This document shows, one piece after another, positions 19,236 to 27,528 of a DNA stretch of 32,000 bases. Each line of letters starts with the position of its first letter. The first letter of the stretch is position 1. The DNA is taken from positions 6,212-38,211 of the forward strand of contig JAVYLC010000010.1 of assembly GCA_038741355.1 (NCBI GenBank), given 5' to 3'. The notes below the pieces were generated by a model that was not told the DNA's origin, made no database searches, and saw only the letters and a program-made list of their open reading frames with translations. This DNA comes from Nitrososphaerota archaeon. Lineage in GTDB: Archaea; Thermoproteota; Nitrososphaeria_A; Caldarchaeales; Calditenuaceae. The translations under genes and the position numbers were made by a program.

Positions 19236-20321
19236 TTAGTGGGGGCCTGCATTCCTCCACGATGCGATTAGAGCAAGCGAGTATAGACCATCAGCTACTC
19301 CAACTCTTAGGAGGGCTGCGGCCGCCTTATAGTACTGTGACGTGAACGGTGTATAGCTTACCTGCCTCACAAAATTCTCTCCATTCTCGAGGTAGAAGAT
19401 CACGAACTCTCTTAGCCAGGGTTTCTCATTCCATGACTTCTTGTTGACGTAAATGAATATTGGTCTTGAGAGTGGGTATAGATATATGCCCACAGTCTCG
19501 TCTGTTGGCATGATGCACTTAGAGTCCTCTTTCGCATCGTCACGGATTGGTACTACTCGGATCCTATCAGCTGCATGGGGGTAGTATGCGTAGCCAAAGT
19601 ATCCTAGGGCATTCTTCTCCCCCTCCACGCCGGCTACCAGCACGTTGTCGTCCTCGGAGGCAATATAGTCTGTTCTACTTGCCTTCAGCTTCCCTACAAC
19701 CCTCTCGGTGAAGTAGTCGAAGGTGCCGGAGTCAGGACCAGGACCATAGAGCAGTATAGGTGTATCGGGCCATTCAGGCCTTATGTCACTCCACTTAGAT
19801 ACTTTACTATCGGGCTCCCAGATCCTCTTAAGCTCTGAGATCGTTAAACAGTCCACCCAATCATTCTGCCTGTTCACCACTACTACTAGGCCGTCTATCG
19901 CTACGGGAACCTCTATCCACTCTATTCCATTGGACTGGGCGGTCTCAGCCTCGCTCCTCAGAATGGGCCTAGAGGCGTCGTTGATGTCCGTCTCACCCAC
20001 CACGAATCTCTTAAAGCCTCCTCCAGTCCCCGATATCCCAACCGATATCTTCACATCTGGGTAGATCTTCATAAAGGCCTCAGCAGCCGCCTCGGTAATT
20101 GGATAGACCGTGCTGGAGCCGTCAATTTCGATCTCACCAGCCAGCCGCCCGCCAGTCTGACCGGGGGTGGTCACTGTAATTCTCTCCGTGACCGTTGTTA
20201 ACCCGCCAGTTATCGAGGAGCTAGCTACAAACCAACCGCCCACATATCCCACAACTCCACCGACCATCACGAAAGCCAAGATTAGCCCAACTATCTTCGG
20301 ATTAGACATCATCTCGGCCAT
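19236..20321 (-). CDS. pstS: Phosphate ABC transporter substrate-binding protein PstS
   Basis: It has an N-terminal signal anchor followed by IDGSSTVYPI...GISGTGGGFKRF...DINDASRP, the PBP-like PstS signature. Confidence 0.9.
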   Translation of the reverse strand: MAEMMSNPKIVGLILAFVMVGGVVGYVGGWFVASSSITGGLTTVTERITVTTPGQTGGRLAGEIEIDGSSTVYPITEAAAEAFMKIYPDVKISVGISGTGGGFKRFVVGETDINDASRPILRSEAETAQSNGIEWIEVPVAIDGLVVVVNRQNDWVDCLTISELKRIWEPDSKVSKWSDIRPEWPDTPILLYGPGPDSGTFDYFTERVVGKLKASRTDYIASEDDNVLVAGVEGEKNALGYFGYAYYPHAADRIRVVPIRDDAKEDSKCIMPTDETVGIYLYPLSRPIFIYVNKKSWNEKPWLREFVIFYLENGENFVRQVSYTPFTSQYYKAAAALLRVGVADGLYSLALIASWRNAGPH

Positions 20322-20449
20322 ACTCAGCTATATTGACTATTTAAGCTAAATCTACATTCAATATTTTACCTACACTTCTCTATATAGCAACGTGATCATG
20401 AAAATATATCTATATATTCGACTGCAACCGTTGATAAGCTGACAGGATT

Positions 20450-21472
20450 ATGCCGGTCTACTCGCGCCGCACTCAGAAAACGGGAGGCTCAACTCTAATC
20501 GTATCTCTGCCCCAGGAGTGGGTTAGGCGGGTCAGGCTGAAGCCCCACGACGAGCTCTATTTGATGGAGGAGCCAGGTGGAGGGCTTGTTATATGGCCAG
20601 CGGCTCTCGACGGGCAGGAGGCTGCCGAGGAGGCTGTTGTCAGGGTTCCGACAGATGCGGGGCCTGAGGATGTGCTGCGGCTTTACCTCTCGATGTATAT
20701 TGCAGGGTATAGTGTTATTAGGCTTGAGTTTGGGGAGACGGGCTATAGACACACTAAGGAGTTGAAGGAGATTATGCGTAGATGGCTGGTGGGCGTTGAA
20801 ATAATCGGTGAGACCTTCCATGGGATAGTCACGCAGTGCCTGCCTACCCACGACAGCCTACAGCCGGTCAAGGTTATCGAGAGGATGGCTGACCTCGCCG
20901 CAAGCATGCAGAGGGATGCTCTATACGCGATTGAGAATAATGATGAAGGACTTGCCCAAGACATCATCCAGAGGGACTATGACGTGGACAGATTCTATCA
21001 CTTCGCCGTTAGACAGCTCAACATAGGCATCTCAAGCCCTCGGAGACTAGCAGCGCTCGGTCTCAAGAACCCGCAAGAATGCCTATCCTACATCATAGCC
21101 GCTAAAACAATTGAGAGAGCGGCAGACCACGCAACATCCATCGCCAACTTCCTAGTCGGTGAGAGACAGACTAAGACCCCGCCACCAGAGCTAATAAGGG
21201 CCGGCTACGAGGCCAGCAGCCTCTTCACTGAGGCAAAAACTGCGTTGCTGGAGAGAAGCATCCCGAGAGCCCGCCAAGCCATGAAGAAGATTGAAGCGTT
21301 TGAGCTTCTGCTCATGGACATAACGAGGAAAAAGGGGGCGAAATGGGAGTCTGATGTAGGGGTCATCATGCTGGCCCAAGACATACGGCGAATCGCGGAA
21401 TACGGCTCCGACATCTGCGAGGTTACACTGAACTTAGGTGCGTTGGAGAGGGTCTCCGCGGAAAAGCCATAA
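20450..21472 (+). CDS. Phosphate-uptake regulator, SpoVT/AbrB-like N-terminal domain fused to PhoU repeats
   Basis: The N-terminus RTQKTGGSTLIVSLPQEWVRRVRLKPHDELYL is an AbrB-type swapped hairpin. Two PhoU-like repeats follow (IERAADHATSIANF and IRRIAEYGSDICEV). It is divergent from pstS across an AT-rich 128-bp spacer. Confidence 0.8.
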   Translation: MPVYSRRTQKTGGSTLIVSLPQEWVRRVRLKPHDELYLMEEPGGGLVIWPAALDGQEAAEEAVVRVPTDAGPEDVLRLYLSMYIAGYSVIRLEFGETGYRHTKELKEIMRRWLVGVEIIGETFHGIVTQCLPTHDSLQPVKVIERMADLAASMQRDALYAIENNDEGLAQDIIQRDYDVDRFYHFAVRQLNIGISSPRRLAALGLKNPQECLSYIIAAKTIERAADHATSIANFLVGERQTKTPPPELIRAGYEASSLFTEAKTALLERSIPRARQAMKKIEAFELLLMDITRKKGAKWESDVGVIMLAQDIRRIAEYGSDICEVTLNLGALERVSAEKP

Positions 21473-21507
21473 TTAAGGATATATCAGGACGTGACTGCCG
21501 CCTAAAC

Positions 21508-22962
21508 GTGAGCCGGCACGCTAGAGTCTGGGTGGACGCCAGCTCTGTGGTTGGATCTCTCGACAAGAGGGTTTTCGGCCAGTTCATTGAGCATCTGGGG
21601 CGCTGCGTATACGGGGGGATTTGGGTGGGGGAGAACTCGCCGATCCCCAACCTGAGAGGCTTCAGGTCTGACGTCCTCGAAGCTGTGAAAAGAATAGCAC
21701 CGCCAATTACCAGGTGGCCTGGTGGAAACTTCTCCTCAGCCTACCACTGGATGGATGGGATTGGGCCGAGGGACTCGCGTCCACGGAAGTTTGAGCTGGC
21801 TTGGGAGTGGGTTGAGCCCAACGAGTTTGGGACAGTGGAGTTTATCGAGTGGTGTAGGCTTGTAGGCACCGAGCCATTTATCGTAGTTAATGCTGGTAGT
21901 GGTACGCCGGAGGAGGCGGCAGCTTGGGTGGAGTACTGTAACTCTAGAGGCGATACGTATTATGCGTCTCTTAGGAAAAGGGATGGGTGCTCTGAGCCCT
22001 TCAACGTTAAGCTCTGGGGGGTTGGGAACGAGCTGTACGGTCGCTGGCAGGTCGGCTTCTGCGTTGACGGAGCCGAGTGCGCGCGGAGGACAATTGAGTT
22101 TGTAAACTTGATGAAAAGGGTTGATAAAAGCATCGAGATAGTGGGCTGTGGAATCGAAAATGACCCAGAGTGGAACATAGACATGGTAAAGATCGCCGGC
22201 AACTACATCGACTATCTCTCGGTACACACCTACATCTTCTGCCCAAAAAAGCATGAAGATCTTATCGCCGCCTCGCTACAGATTGAGCGTAACCTTACCT
22301 CAATATACGAAAACGTAAAGGCCGCGTGTAGAAAGTTCGGCGTTCCAAAGAGGATTCGACTAGCTTTTGATGAGTGGAATGTCTGGTATAAGGAGGCGGT
22401 TCCCCCTATGCATGTTCAGTTTACATCGATGAGGGACGCAGTTTTTACAGGTCTTGTGTTGATTAAGCTCCAGAAGATATCAAAGATGGTGCCGATAGCT
22501 TGTTTTGCGCAGACCGTGAATGTCCTTCCCCTCATCTCGACTAGGGACGATGGGAGGATGGTCCTGAGCCCTCAATACTACGTCTATGAGCTCTTTGCGC
22601 CGAACACTAGGAGACAAGTAGCTTGGACGGGCGTTATCGGGCCGACACTATACTCTGAAGAGGCTGAAGAGCAGGTCCCAGCAGTGGATGCGGTGGCCAG
22701 CTTTGATGGTGATAAAATGTACCTGCACATGGTTAATGGGTTGCAGGATGAGACTGTTGAATGTAGTATCCGCGTTGCGGGCTTCGACTTCAAGGGTGTG
22801 AAGCATCGATACTTGACTAGTCCCTCACCTGATGACAGAAATACGTTCGAAGAGCCAGGTAAAGTCGTTCCGAGAGATGGTGTGAGAGCTGAGAGCCGGA
22901 ATGGAGAGATTATATTGAACCTGGAGCCTTGTTCAGTTCACCTACTGACCCTTACGCGATGA
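21508..22962 (+). CDS. abfA: Alpha-L-arabinofuranosidase, glycoside hydrolase family 51
   Basis: Reads FGQFIEHLGRCVYGGIW...RWPGGNFSSAYHWMDGIGP...EPNEFGTVEFIEWC...WGVGNELYGRWQVG, containing the acid/base GNE motif. No signal peptide. GTG start. Confidence 0.85.
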   Translation: MSRHARVWVDASSVVGSLDKRVFGQFIEHLGRCVYGGIWVGENSPIPNLRGFRSDVLEAVKRIAPPITRWPGGNFSSAYHWMDGIGPRDSRPRKFELAWEWVEPNEFGTVEFIEWCRLVGTEPFIVVNAGSGTPEEAAAWVEYCNSRGDTYYASLRKRDGCSEPFNVKLWGVGNELYGRWQVGFCVDGAECARRTIEFVNLMKRVDKSIEIVGCGIENDPEWNIDMVKIAGNYIDYLSVHTYIFCPKKHEDLIAASLQIERNLTSIYENVKAACRKFGVPKRIRLAFDEWNVWYKEAVPPMHVQFTSMRDAVFTGLVLIKLQKISKMVPIACFAQTVNVLPLISTRDDGRMVLSPQYYVYELFAPNTRRQVAWTGVIGPTLYSEEAEEQVPAVDAVASFDGDKMYLHMVNGLQDETVECSIRVAGFDFKGVKHRYLTSPSPDDRNTFEEPGKVVPRDGVRAESRNGEIILNLEPCSVHLLTLTR

Positions 22963-22969
22963 GGCACAT

Positions 22970-23620
22970 TTAACCGAGAGCTGCCCTTAACAGCGGAGCA
23001 ATGGGTGCCCTCCATCTACCTATGCCGACTAAATAGACCTCCGAGCTATGCTTTCTCAGACTTGGCGGTGTCGTAACTCTCTTGTAGTTGTTAAAGCAGC
23101 TGCGGAGAACTCTGTCGAGCCGCGTAAGTTCTGGGCACTCGAAGGCCTTGAGCATGATATTGCCACTATCTTTCAACACCTCGTCTGCAATCTCGCAGCA
23201 CCTTATAACTAGGTCAAGCTGCCTCATTGTATCTATCTCTGCGATACCAATTAGGTTTGGGGAGGCGTCTGAGATAAGAACATCACACCCCACATGTCTT
23301 AAAAGTTTCAGTATCTCCTTCGGCACTGAGGGGTCGTAGATGTCGATTTTTAGATGTCTGATGTTCTCGCCAGTGCAATGTATCGGCTTAATGTCAACGC
23401 CCACCGCCAGCCCCTCCTCACCCACCAGCTCGGAAGCTACCTTTAACATACCGCCGGGCGCGGCCCCAAGCTCAACTACAACATCCCCCGGGCTTATGAT
23501 TGAGTATAGTCGCTGGATGTGTTTGAGCTTGTATGCCGCCCTAGAGGGGTATCCCTCCCTCCTAGCTAACCTGACCCAAGGATCGGCACGCCTTTCCGAG
23601 AGCCACCTACCTCGCGTCAC
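22970..23620 (-). CDS. rlmE: 23S rRNA 2'-O-ribose methyltransferase RlmE (FtsJ/RrmJ)
   Basis: Reads RADPWVRLARREGYPSRAAYKLKHIQ...VVELGAAPGGM...VLISDASPN...LKAFE. The GTG start is preceded by GGGGAGGAA. Confidence 0.85.
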   Translation of the reverse strand: MTRGRWLSERRADPWVRLARREGYPSRAAYKLKHIQRLYSIISPGDVVVELGAAPGGMLKVASELVGEEGLAVGVDIKPIHCTGENIRHLKIDIYDPSVPKEILKLLRHVGCDVLISDASPNLIGIAEIDTMRQLDLVIRCCEIADEVLKDSGNIMLKAFECPELTRLDRVLRSCFNNYKRVTTPPSLRKHSSEVYLVGIGRWRAPIAPLLRAALG

Positions 23621-23685
23621 TTCCTCCCCATTGATAGTAGGAGGGGGCGCGGATTAAACCTATGCACACTCCTATGCTCTGGGCG

Positions 23686-24153
23686 TTAGGATTGGCTTCT
23701 TCTAGCCACTATTACTCTGGGGGGTTTTAGGATCTTACCCACATATTCGTATCCTCTGCTAATTTCCGCGACTATCGTTTCGTCTTCGACATCGTCTCTC
23801 TCGACGAAGCCGACTGCCTCGTGGATGAATGGGTCGAACTTCTTCCCTATCGTCTCTAACGGGTTAACACCCTGCTCGGCGAGCAGCTTCCTTATCTCTT
23901 TCAGGAGAATCCCGATGCCTTCCGCGACTTGTTTCTGGTCTGAGTTGTTGAGGAGGCTTGTAAACACCCTCTCAACCTCCTCATAGATCAAGATCATGTC
24001 CAACAGGAGTCTCTCGGCCACTGCGCGGCTGGCTTTCTCCACCTCTTTAGACATCAGCTTTTTGAGGTTCTCGATCTCAGCCCTGAGGTAGAGGTTCTCC
24101 TCCTTAAGCCGCTTCAACTCCCCCTCTAGTGAAGCATCACCCTCGCTAGACAT
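23686..24153 (-). CDS. grpE: Nucleotide exchange factor GrpE
   Basis: It has a coiled-coil N-terminus LKEENLYLRAEIENLKK and the C-terminal beta domain GKKFDPFIHEAVGFVE...GYEYVGKILKPPRVIVA, matching the GrpE signature (FDP..HEA, GY....R.LRPA.V.V). Confidence 0.85.
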   Translation of the reverse strand: MSSEGDASLEGELKRLKEENLYLRAEIENLKKLMSKEVEKASRAVAERLLLDMILIYEEVERVFTSLLNNSDQKQVAEGIGILLKEIRKLLAEQGVNPLETIGKKFDPFIHEAVGFVERDDVEDETIVAEISRGYEYVGKILKPPRVIVARRSQS

Positions 24154-24200
24154 GTCTATCCCGCATACTATAGTGCTCGATATTAAAACTCTACATTAGA

Positions 24201-24525
24201 GGGGGTGGCGGCTCCGACTGGTCGAGGGCTGTAACCCCCGCCGCTCCCAGACGATTCAGTTAGCCACGCACCCCCACCAGCAGCCCGGCTGCACCTTAGC
24301 GCTGCTCCCTCCCGGGCCTGACGCGGTTCGGTGCATGAGGGTGTGGGAGGCCACGCCTACGCGTGGCGCCGCACCCTACCGTTCTCCGGTGGGACGCGGC
24401 CTCATGCATCCTCGTCTAGGCCGAGCAGAGGTCCAGACACCCCTTCCAGCCGGTTGCTGGCCCCTGCCTAAGCCCGTTTCAGGTTGTAGGGGAGGGCTAG
24501 CCCCCCAGCCCTACCCGCCACCCCC
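24201..24525 (-). ncRNA. Signal recognition particle RNA (archaeal 7S/SRP RNA), about 325 nt
   Basis: The minus strand starts GGGGGUGGCGGGUAGGGCUGGGGGGCUAGCCCUCCCC... and ends ...GGAGCCGCCACCCCC, giving a long 5'/3' terminal helix. It contains UCAGGCCCGGGAGGGAGCAGCGCUAAGGUGCAGCC (plus-strand ~24280-24325), which matches the conserved helix-8 SRP54-binding motif CAGGNCCGGAAGGNAGCAGC. The region is GC-rich and non-coding, and a TATA-like tttaat lies ~30 nt upstream. End coordinates are +/- a few nt. Confidence 0.85.
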
Positions 24526-24938
24526 AAGGATACATAGCTGCTCCGCTAGGCATTAAAGGCTTTCCGGGCAAAGCAATAAATTGCATGTGAATGCCCCGCC
24601 GAGATAGAGGACTGGGTGTTGCAGGTGTCTCAATTAAAAATCTTTCACAGCCGCCGCACTTATACAGTTTTAAGGTTTGATATGAGTATTTACCTGTTTT
24701 CTGGAAAAGTTATTGACAGAAATATGTGGATGGATGCTGCAACATATGTTGACAGCACTGTGTAGAAGTGTATCTTGTTTGAGATTCTAGAGAGCGATTC
24801 TCTAAGCGACCCTAATTCCCATAGAAGCTCTATGATACCTCCAAGTTCTCCATATGTAGCGAATGTCTCGGAGAAATCCGGACTCAAAGACTAACTGGAC
24901 ATGGTTTTTAAAAATTTTTAGGAGGTAGTGAGTAGTTA

Positions 24939-25397
24939 ATGGGGATGCATGAGTGGAGCATAGCTGATGGAATAGTTGCGGCAGTGCTGGAGCAGGCGGC
25001 CAGCAGAAATGCGGCTAGGGTCAAGGAAGTAGAGGTATTGGTTGGCGAGCTCAGAGACTTGGATATACAGGTGCTGGAGGAGGCTATCGGCCAGCTTTCG
25101 CGTGCAACGGTCGCTGACGGCGCTATTTTCCAGTTCAGACGGTCTCATGCATTATTCAAATGCTCACTCTGTGGAGAAAATTGGAATATGAAAAAAGCGA
25201 CCGAGATGATTGCTTCCCAACTCTCTGAGAAAGGATATGTCGTGGAGGCCGAAGAACTTGAGCTGCCCACACATTTCATGCCAATGTTAGTCGTTGGTCT
25301 CCAGAGATGTCCAAAATGCGGAGGGATGGATATAGAGGTTGAGGGAGGACATGAATTGATGATAACTAGGATTGTGTTGGAGGCTGGGTCGGATTGA
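24939..25397 (+). CDS. hypA: [NiFe]-hydrogenase nickel-insertion metallochaperone HypA
   Basis: The N-terminus MHEWSIA carries the Ni-binding MHE motif. The Zn site is CSLCGENW...CPKCGG, with a long insert between the Cys pairs. An AGGAGG SD lies upstream. The start is either ATG 24939 or ATG 24945. Confidence 0.85.
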   Translation: MGMHEWSIADGIVAAVLEQAASRNAARVKEVEVLVGELRDLDIQVLEEAIGQLSRATVADGAIFQFRRSHALFKCSLCGENWNMKKATEMIASQLSEKGYVVEAEELELPTHFMPMLVVGLQRCPKCGGMDIEVEGGHELMITRIVLEAGSD

Positions 25398-26158
25398 GCG
25401 AGCCAAGGATGTATCTCTTCAAAAAGAGACTTGACCGGATTGACAAGACTCTTCTATTCGGCAGTGGTAAGGGTGGGGTAGGTAAGAGTGTGATCTCCGC
25501 TTCTACAGCCCTCCTCCTTAATGAGCTAGGCTATAGGACAGCCTACCTAGATCTCGACATTCATGGTCCAGCTGGCCCGCTTCTTTTTCCGCTGGATGAC
25601 CGTGTCGTGGGAAATAAAGAGGGGTTGGAGCCGTTAGTCTCGCTGGGCGTAAAGGTCATATCACTCGGCATCTTCCTAGCCAGTAATCCTCTTCCCCTAA
25701 AAGGCAAAAGTAAACCAGACCTAATCCTCGACATCTTCTCAGCTGTCAACTGGGGGGACTTGAACTACCTGGTTGTGGATCTACCACCGGGCATGGGTGA
25801 TGAACTTACGCTCACCCATCGTGTGGTAGGAGAGAAGTGTTCACTCATCATGGTGACAACCCCCTCAAAGCTCTCGGTTAACGTCGCGGAAAGACTAGCC
25901 TCATACGCCCAGGCCGTAAGGATGCATGTCGCAGGGCTTGTCGTGAATATGGCTAAGCTGAATGATATAAGGCTCTTCGGAGGGTCTGAGCCTGAAGAGA
26001 TAGCTTCAAAACTGGGTGCACGTCTCCTTGGTGTCATTTCATTCCATCCAGGCTTAAGTGGCATGCCCAACATCGGCTCTGCTCTGAATAATATTAAAGA
26101 ATTTAGAGGGGAAATGGAGAATTTTGTCAGAGAACTTATCAGGATAATCCCTGATTGA
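25394..26158 (+). CDS. Mrp/MinD-family P-loop ATPase, probable ATPase-type HypB partner of HypA
   Basis: It has the deviant Walker A GSGKGGVGKSVISA and Walker B-like LVVDLPPGMGDE. It overlaps the hypA stop. Thermococcales use a Mrp/MinD ATPase next to hypA instead of the GTPase HypB. An alternative ATG lies at 25409. Confidence 0.8.
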   Translation: MSEPRMYLFKKRLDRIDKTLLFGSGKGGVGKSVISASTALLLNELGYRTAYLDLDIHGPAGPLLFPLDDRVVGNKEGLEPLVSLGVKVISLGIFLASNPLPLKGKSKPDLILDIFSAVNWGDLNYLVVDLPPGMGDELTLTHRVVGEKCSLIMVTTPSKLSVNVAERLASYAQAVRMHVAGLVVNMAKLNDIRLFGGSEPEEIASKLGARLLGVISFHPGLSGMPNIGSALNNIKEFRGEMENFVRELIRIIPD

Positions 26159-26162
26159 CTAC

Positions 26163-26169
26163 TTTTTTT
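26163..26169 (+). terminator. T7 tract directly after the hypB-like stop (possible archaeal oligo-T terminator)
   Basis: ttttttt starts 5 nt after the TGA at 26156-26158. Confidence 0.3.
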
Positions 26170-26189
26170 AAGGTGGAGGGATACCTAAT

Positions 26190-26381
26190 ATGGGAATGGG
26201 CTTCCAAGTTGACTTGTATGAGTTGACTTTGAATGTGTTTAGGCGAGACTCGGGTCCTGCAGCCACGGTAAGCGGGGTTATACGCGCATATGGGCAAGCT
26301 TTGAAGTCGGATGACTTAGAGCAGGTGAAGATCATGAACTTCCATGGAACCCATGTATGGACGATAAGGATAGGTTCATAG
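26190..26381 (+). CDS. Hypothetical small protein (63 aa)
   Basis: The ATG is preceded by aaGGTGGAGGga, 9 nt upstream (SD-like). No family was recognised. The competing 126-aa antisense ORF has an implausible W/P-rich composition. Confidence 0.4.
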   Translation: MGMGFQVDLYELTLNVFRRDSGPAATVSGVIRAYGQALKSDDLEQVKIMNFHGTHVWTIRIGS

Positions 26382-26445
26382 AATCCAGTGGTTATAGGCT
26401 GAAGAGAGAGTATGAACGGTTGGATGCTCTGAAGCGCTGAAGTTA

Positions 26446-26646
26446 ATGGCCAGGCTCGACCTCGACCCGCCCAGAGATATCCATGTTCTTGCCATAGAGG
26501 TGGACGATCCTTACACAATCTCTGAGAAGGTGTCTGAAAGGCTGGCAAGCAGATTGGAAGAACTGTCTGAGGAGATCCTCAGAAGAATAAAGGCAACCTT
26601 GCCCCCGCGCTCTTTAAAAACGGCTAATGCTGGTATCGATTCCTAA
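26446..26646 (+). CDS. Hypothetical small acidic/helical protein (66 aa)
   Basis: It starts at ATG, 6 nt after a 27-codon mini-ORF (26357..26440) that overlaps the end of the 63-aa ORF. The C-terminal half LASRLEELSEEILRRIKATL is helical. No family was recognised. Confidence 0.35.
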   Translation: MARLDLDPPRDIHVLAIEVDDPYTISEKVSERLASRLEELSEEILRRIKATLPPRSLKTANAGIDS

Positions 26647-26669
26647 ACCACTACGTAGTTAACGAACTC

Positions 26670-26927
26670 GTGACAACCTACTTCTGGTTACGAGCTCCTC
26701 ATGAGGAGGCTCTTATACGTGTTGGGTATCCTTATTCTAGGCCCCGCAGCTACGTCGTAACTCAACTCGAAGCGCTCATCCTTTACATGTGCTATGAATT
26801 AACCTATCTTGAGCCTGAGAGACTATCTACTACTCTTCGGTATTATTTAGATTGCTTCAGCATGATGGAAGAAGACGGTTGTGTCGAAGAGGGGGTGAGA
26901 TGGGGCCGAGACCGAGAGCGTCGCTGA
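26670..26927 (+). CDS. Hypothetical ORF (85 aa), possibly non-coding
   Basis: GTG start with no SD or TATA seen. Composition is aromatic/Cys-rich. It lies next to the IS remnant and could be a decayed fragment. Confidence 0.2.
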   Translation: MTTYFWLRAPHEEALIRVGYPYSRPRSYVVTQLEALILYMCYELTYLEPERLSTTLRYYLDCFSMMEEDGCVEEGVRWGRDRERR

Positions 26928-27059
26928 AGACAACAGTAGCAGGAAGGGCGTCAATAGAAGTGAAGCGGAGAGGGTTAGTGAAACTACGGCCGGCGAGCAA
27001 AAGTCTAAACCACTAGTAATTTCCCTCACTCTAACCCTGAAGACTTGGAAGGATAATTC

Positions 27060-27077
27060 GGGACTGTCAACTTAAGG
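27060..27077 (+). repeat. Left terminal inverted repeat of the IS6-like remnant
   Basis: gggactgtcaacttaagg is the exact reverse complement of 27511-27528. Confidence 0.9.
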
Positions 27078-27510
27078 TCTATGGCCTGGGCCTTCCCACT
27101 CGTTGGGGGTGGATAGAGTTGGGGTCGGCCTAGGCCGTCTTATGGGTTTCTTCGGTGATAGAAGTGTCTTTCCCCGTCTCAGGACGCCTCCGTGGGTCAG
27201 GGCTCTCGGCGTCAGGCTATACGTCTTGAGGCTTAGCCTCAGGAAAGGGGGATAGCCGAGTGTATAAGGTTCCTCGAGGTTGTTAGGGATAGGTGCGCTA
27301 ATAACCCTACCGTCTACTATACTGATAGGGCTCCATGGTACGGATGGCCTATGAAGGTTCTGGGCTTTAGGAGGAGGGTGGAGACGTTCGGCAGGAGGAA
27401 CGCTATAGAGTCTTGGTTCAGCAAGCTCAAGAGGAGGATAAAACAGTTCAACACATGCTTCCCAACATACAGGCCGAAGGTCTCAGAAAAGTGGATAAAG
27501 TCATGGATAG

Positions 27511-27528
27511 CCTTAAGTTGACAGTCCC
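27511..27528 (-). repeat. Right terminal inverted repeat of the IS6-like remnant
   Basis: ccttaagttgacagtccc is the exact reverse complement of 27060-27077. Confidence 0.9.

Larger units (their letters stand above)
27060..27528 (+). mobile_element. Internally deleted, non-autonomous IS6-family-like insertion element (469 bp)
   Basis: The 18-bp terminal inverted repeats GGGACTGTCAACTTAAGG (27060-27077) and CCTTAAGTTGACAGTCCC (27511-27528) are perfect. They are flanked by the direct repeat GGATAATTC (27051-27059 and 27529-27537). Inside are two transposase fragments in different frames: ...RTPPWVRALGVRLYVLRLSLRKGG* and ...VYYTDRAPWYGWPMKVLGLRRRVETFGRRNAIESWFSKLKRRIKQFNTCFP...WIALS*. The second matches the archaeal IS6 C-terminal signature (G.RN.IE.WF..LK.R...F), and its stop lies inside the right repeat. 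Confidence 0.85.

Noticed and set aside
24335-24556. A 73-aa plus-strand ORF (MRVWEATPTRGAAPYRS...).
   Set aside because: It lies entirely within the GC-rich SRP RNA gene on the opposite strand. Its P/R/G-rich composition is typical of spurious frames in structured RNA.
26168-26548. A 126-aa minus-strand ORF overlapping the small plus-strand ORFs after hypB.
   Set aside because: Its composition is W/P/K-rich, it has no SD or TATA, and it runs against the direction of all neighbours. The plus-strand 63-aa ORF has a good SD. Neither strand is proven.
26864-26927. A C/D-box sRNA candidate (atgatgg ... ctga about 60 nt apart).
   Set aside because: The C box is imperfect, and no proper D' or C' boxes occur at the 12-nt guide spacing expected for archaeal C/D sRNAs.
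26643-27021. A direct repeat ctaaaccacta(c)gta.tt at 26643 and 27004 flanking the 85-aa ORF. A related 11-mer occurs on the minus strand near 31043-31053. These could be att sites.
   Set aside because: The repeat is only about 16 of 18 nt with an indel. 11-mers recur by chance many times in a window of this size, and no integrase or tRNA target is present.
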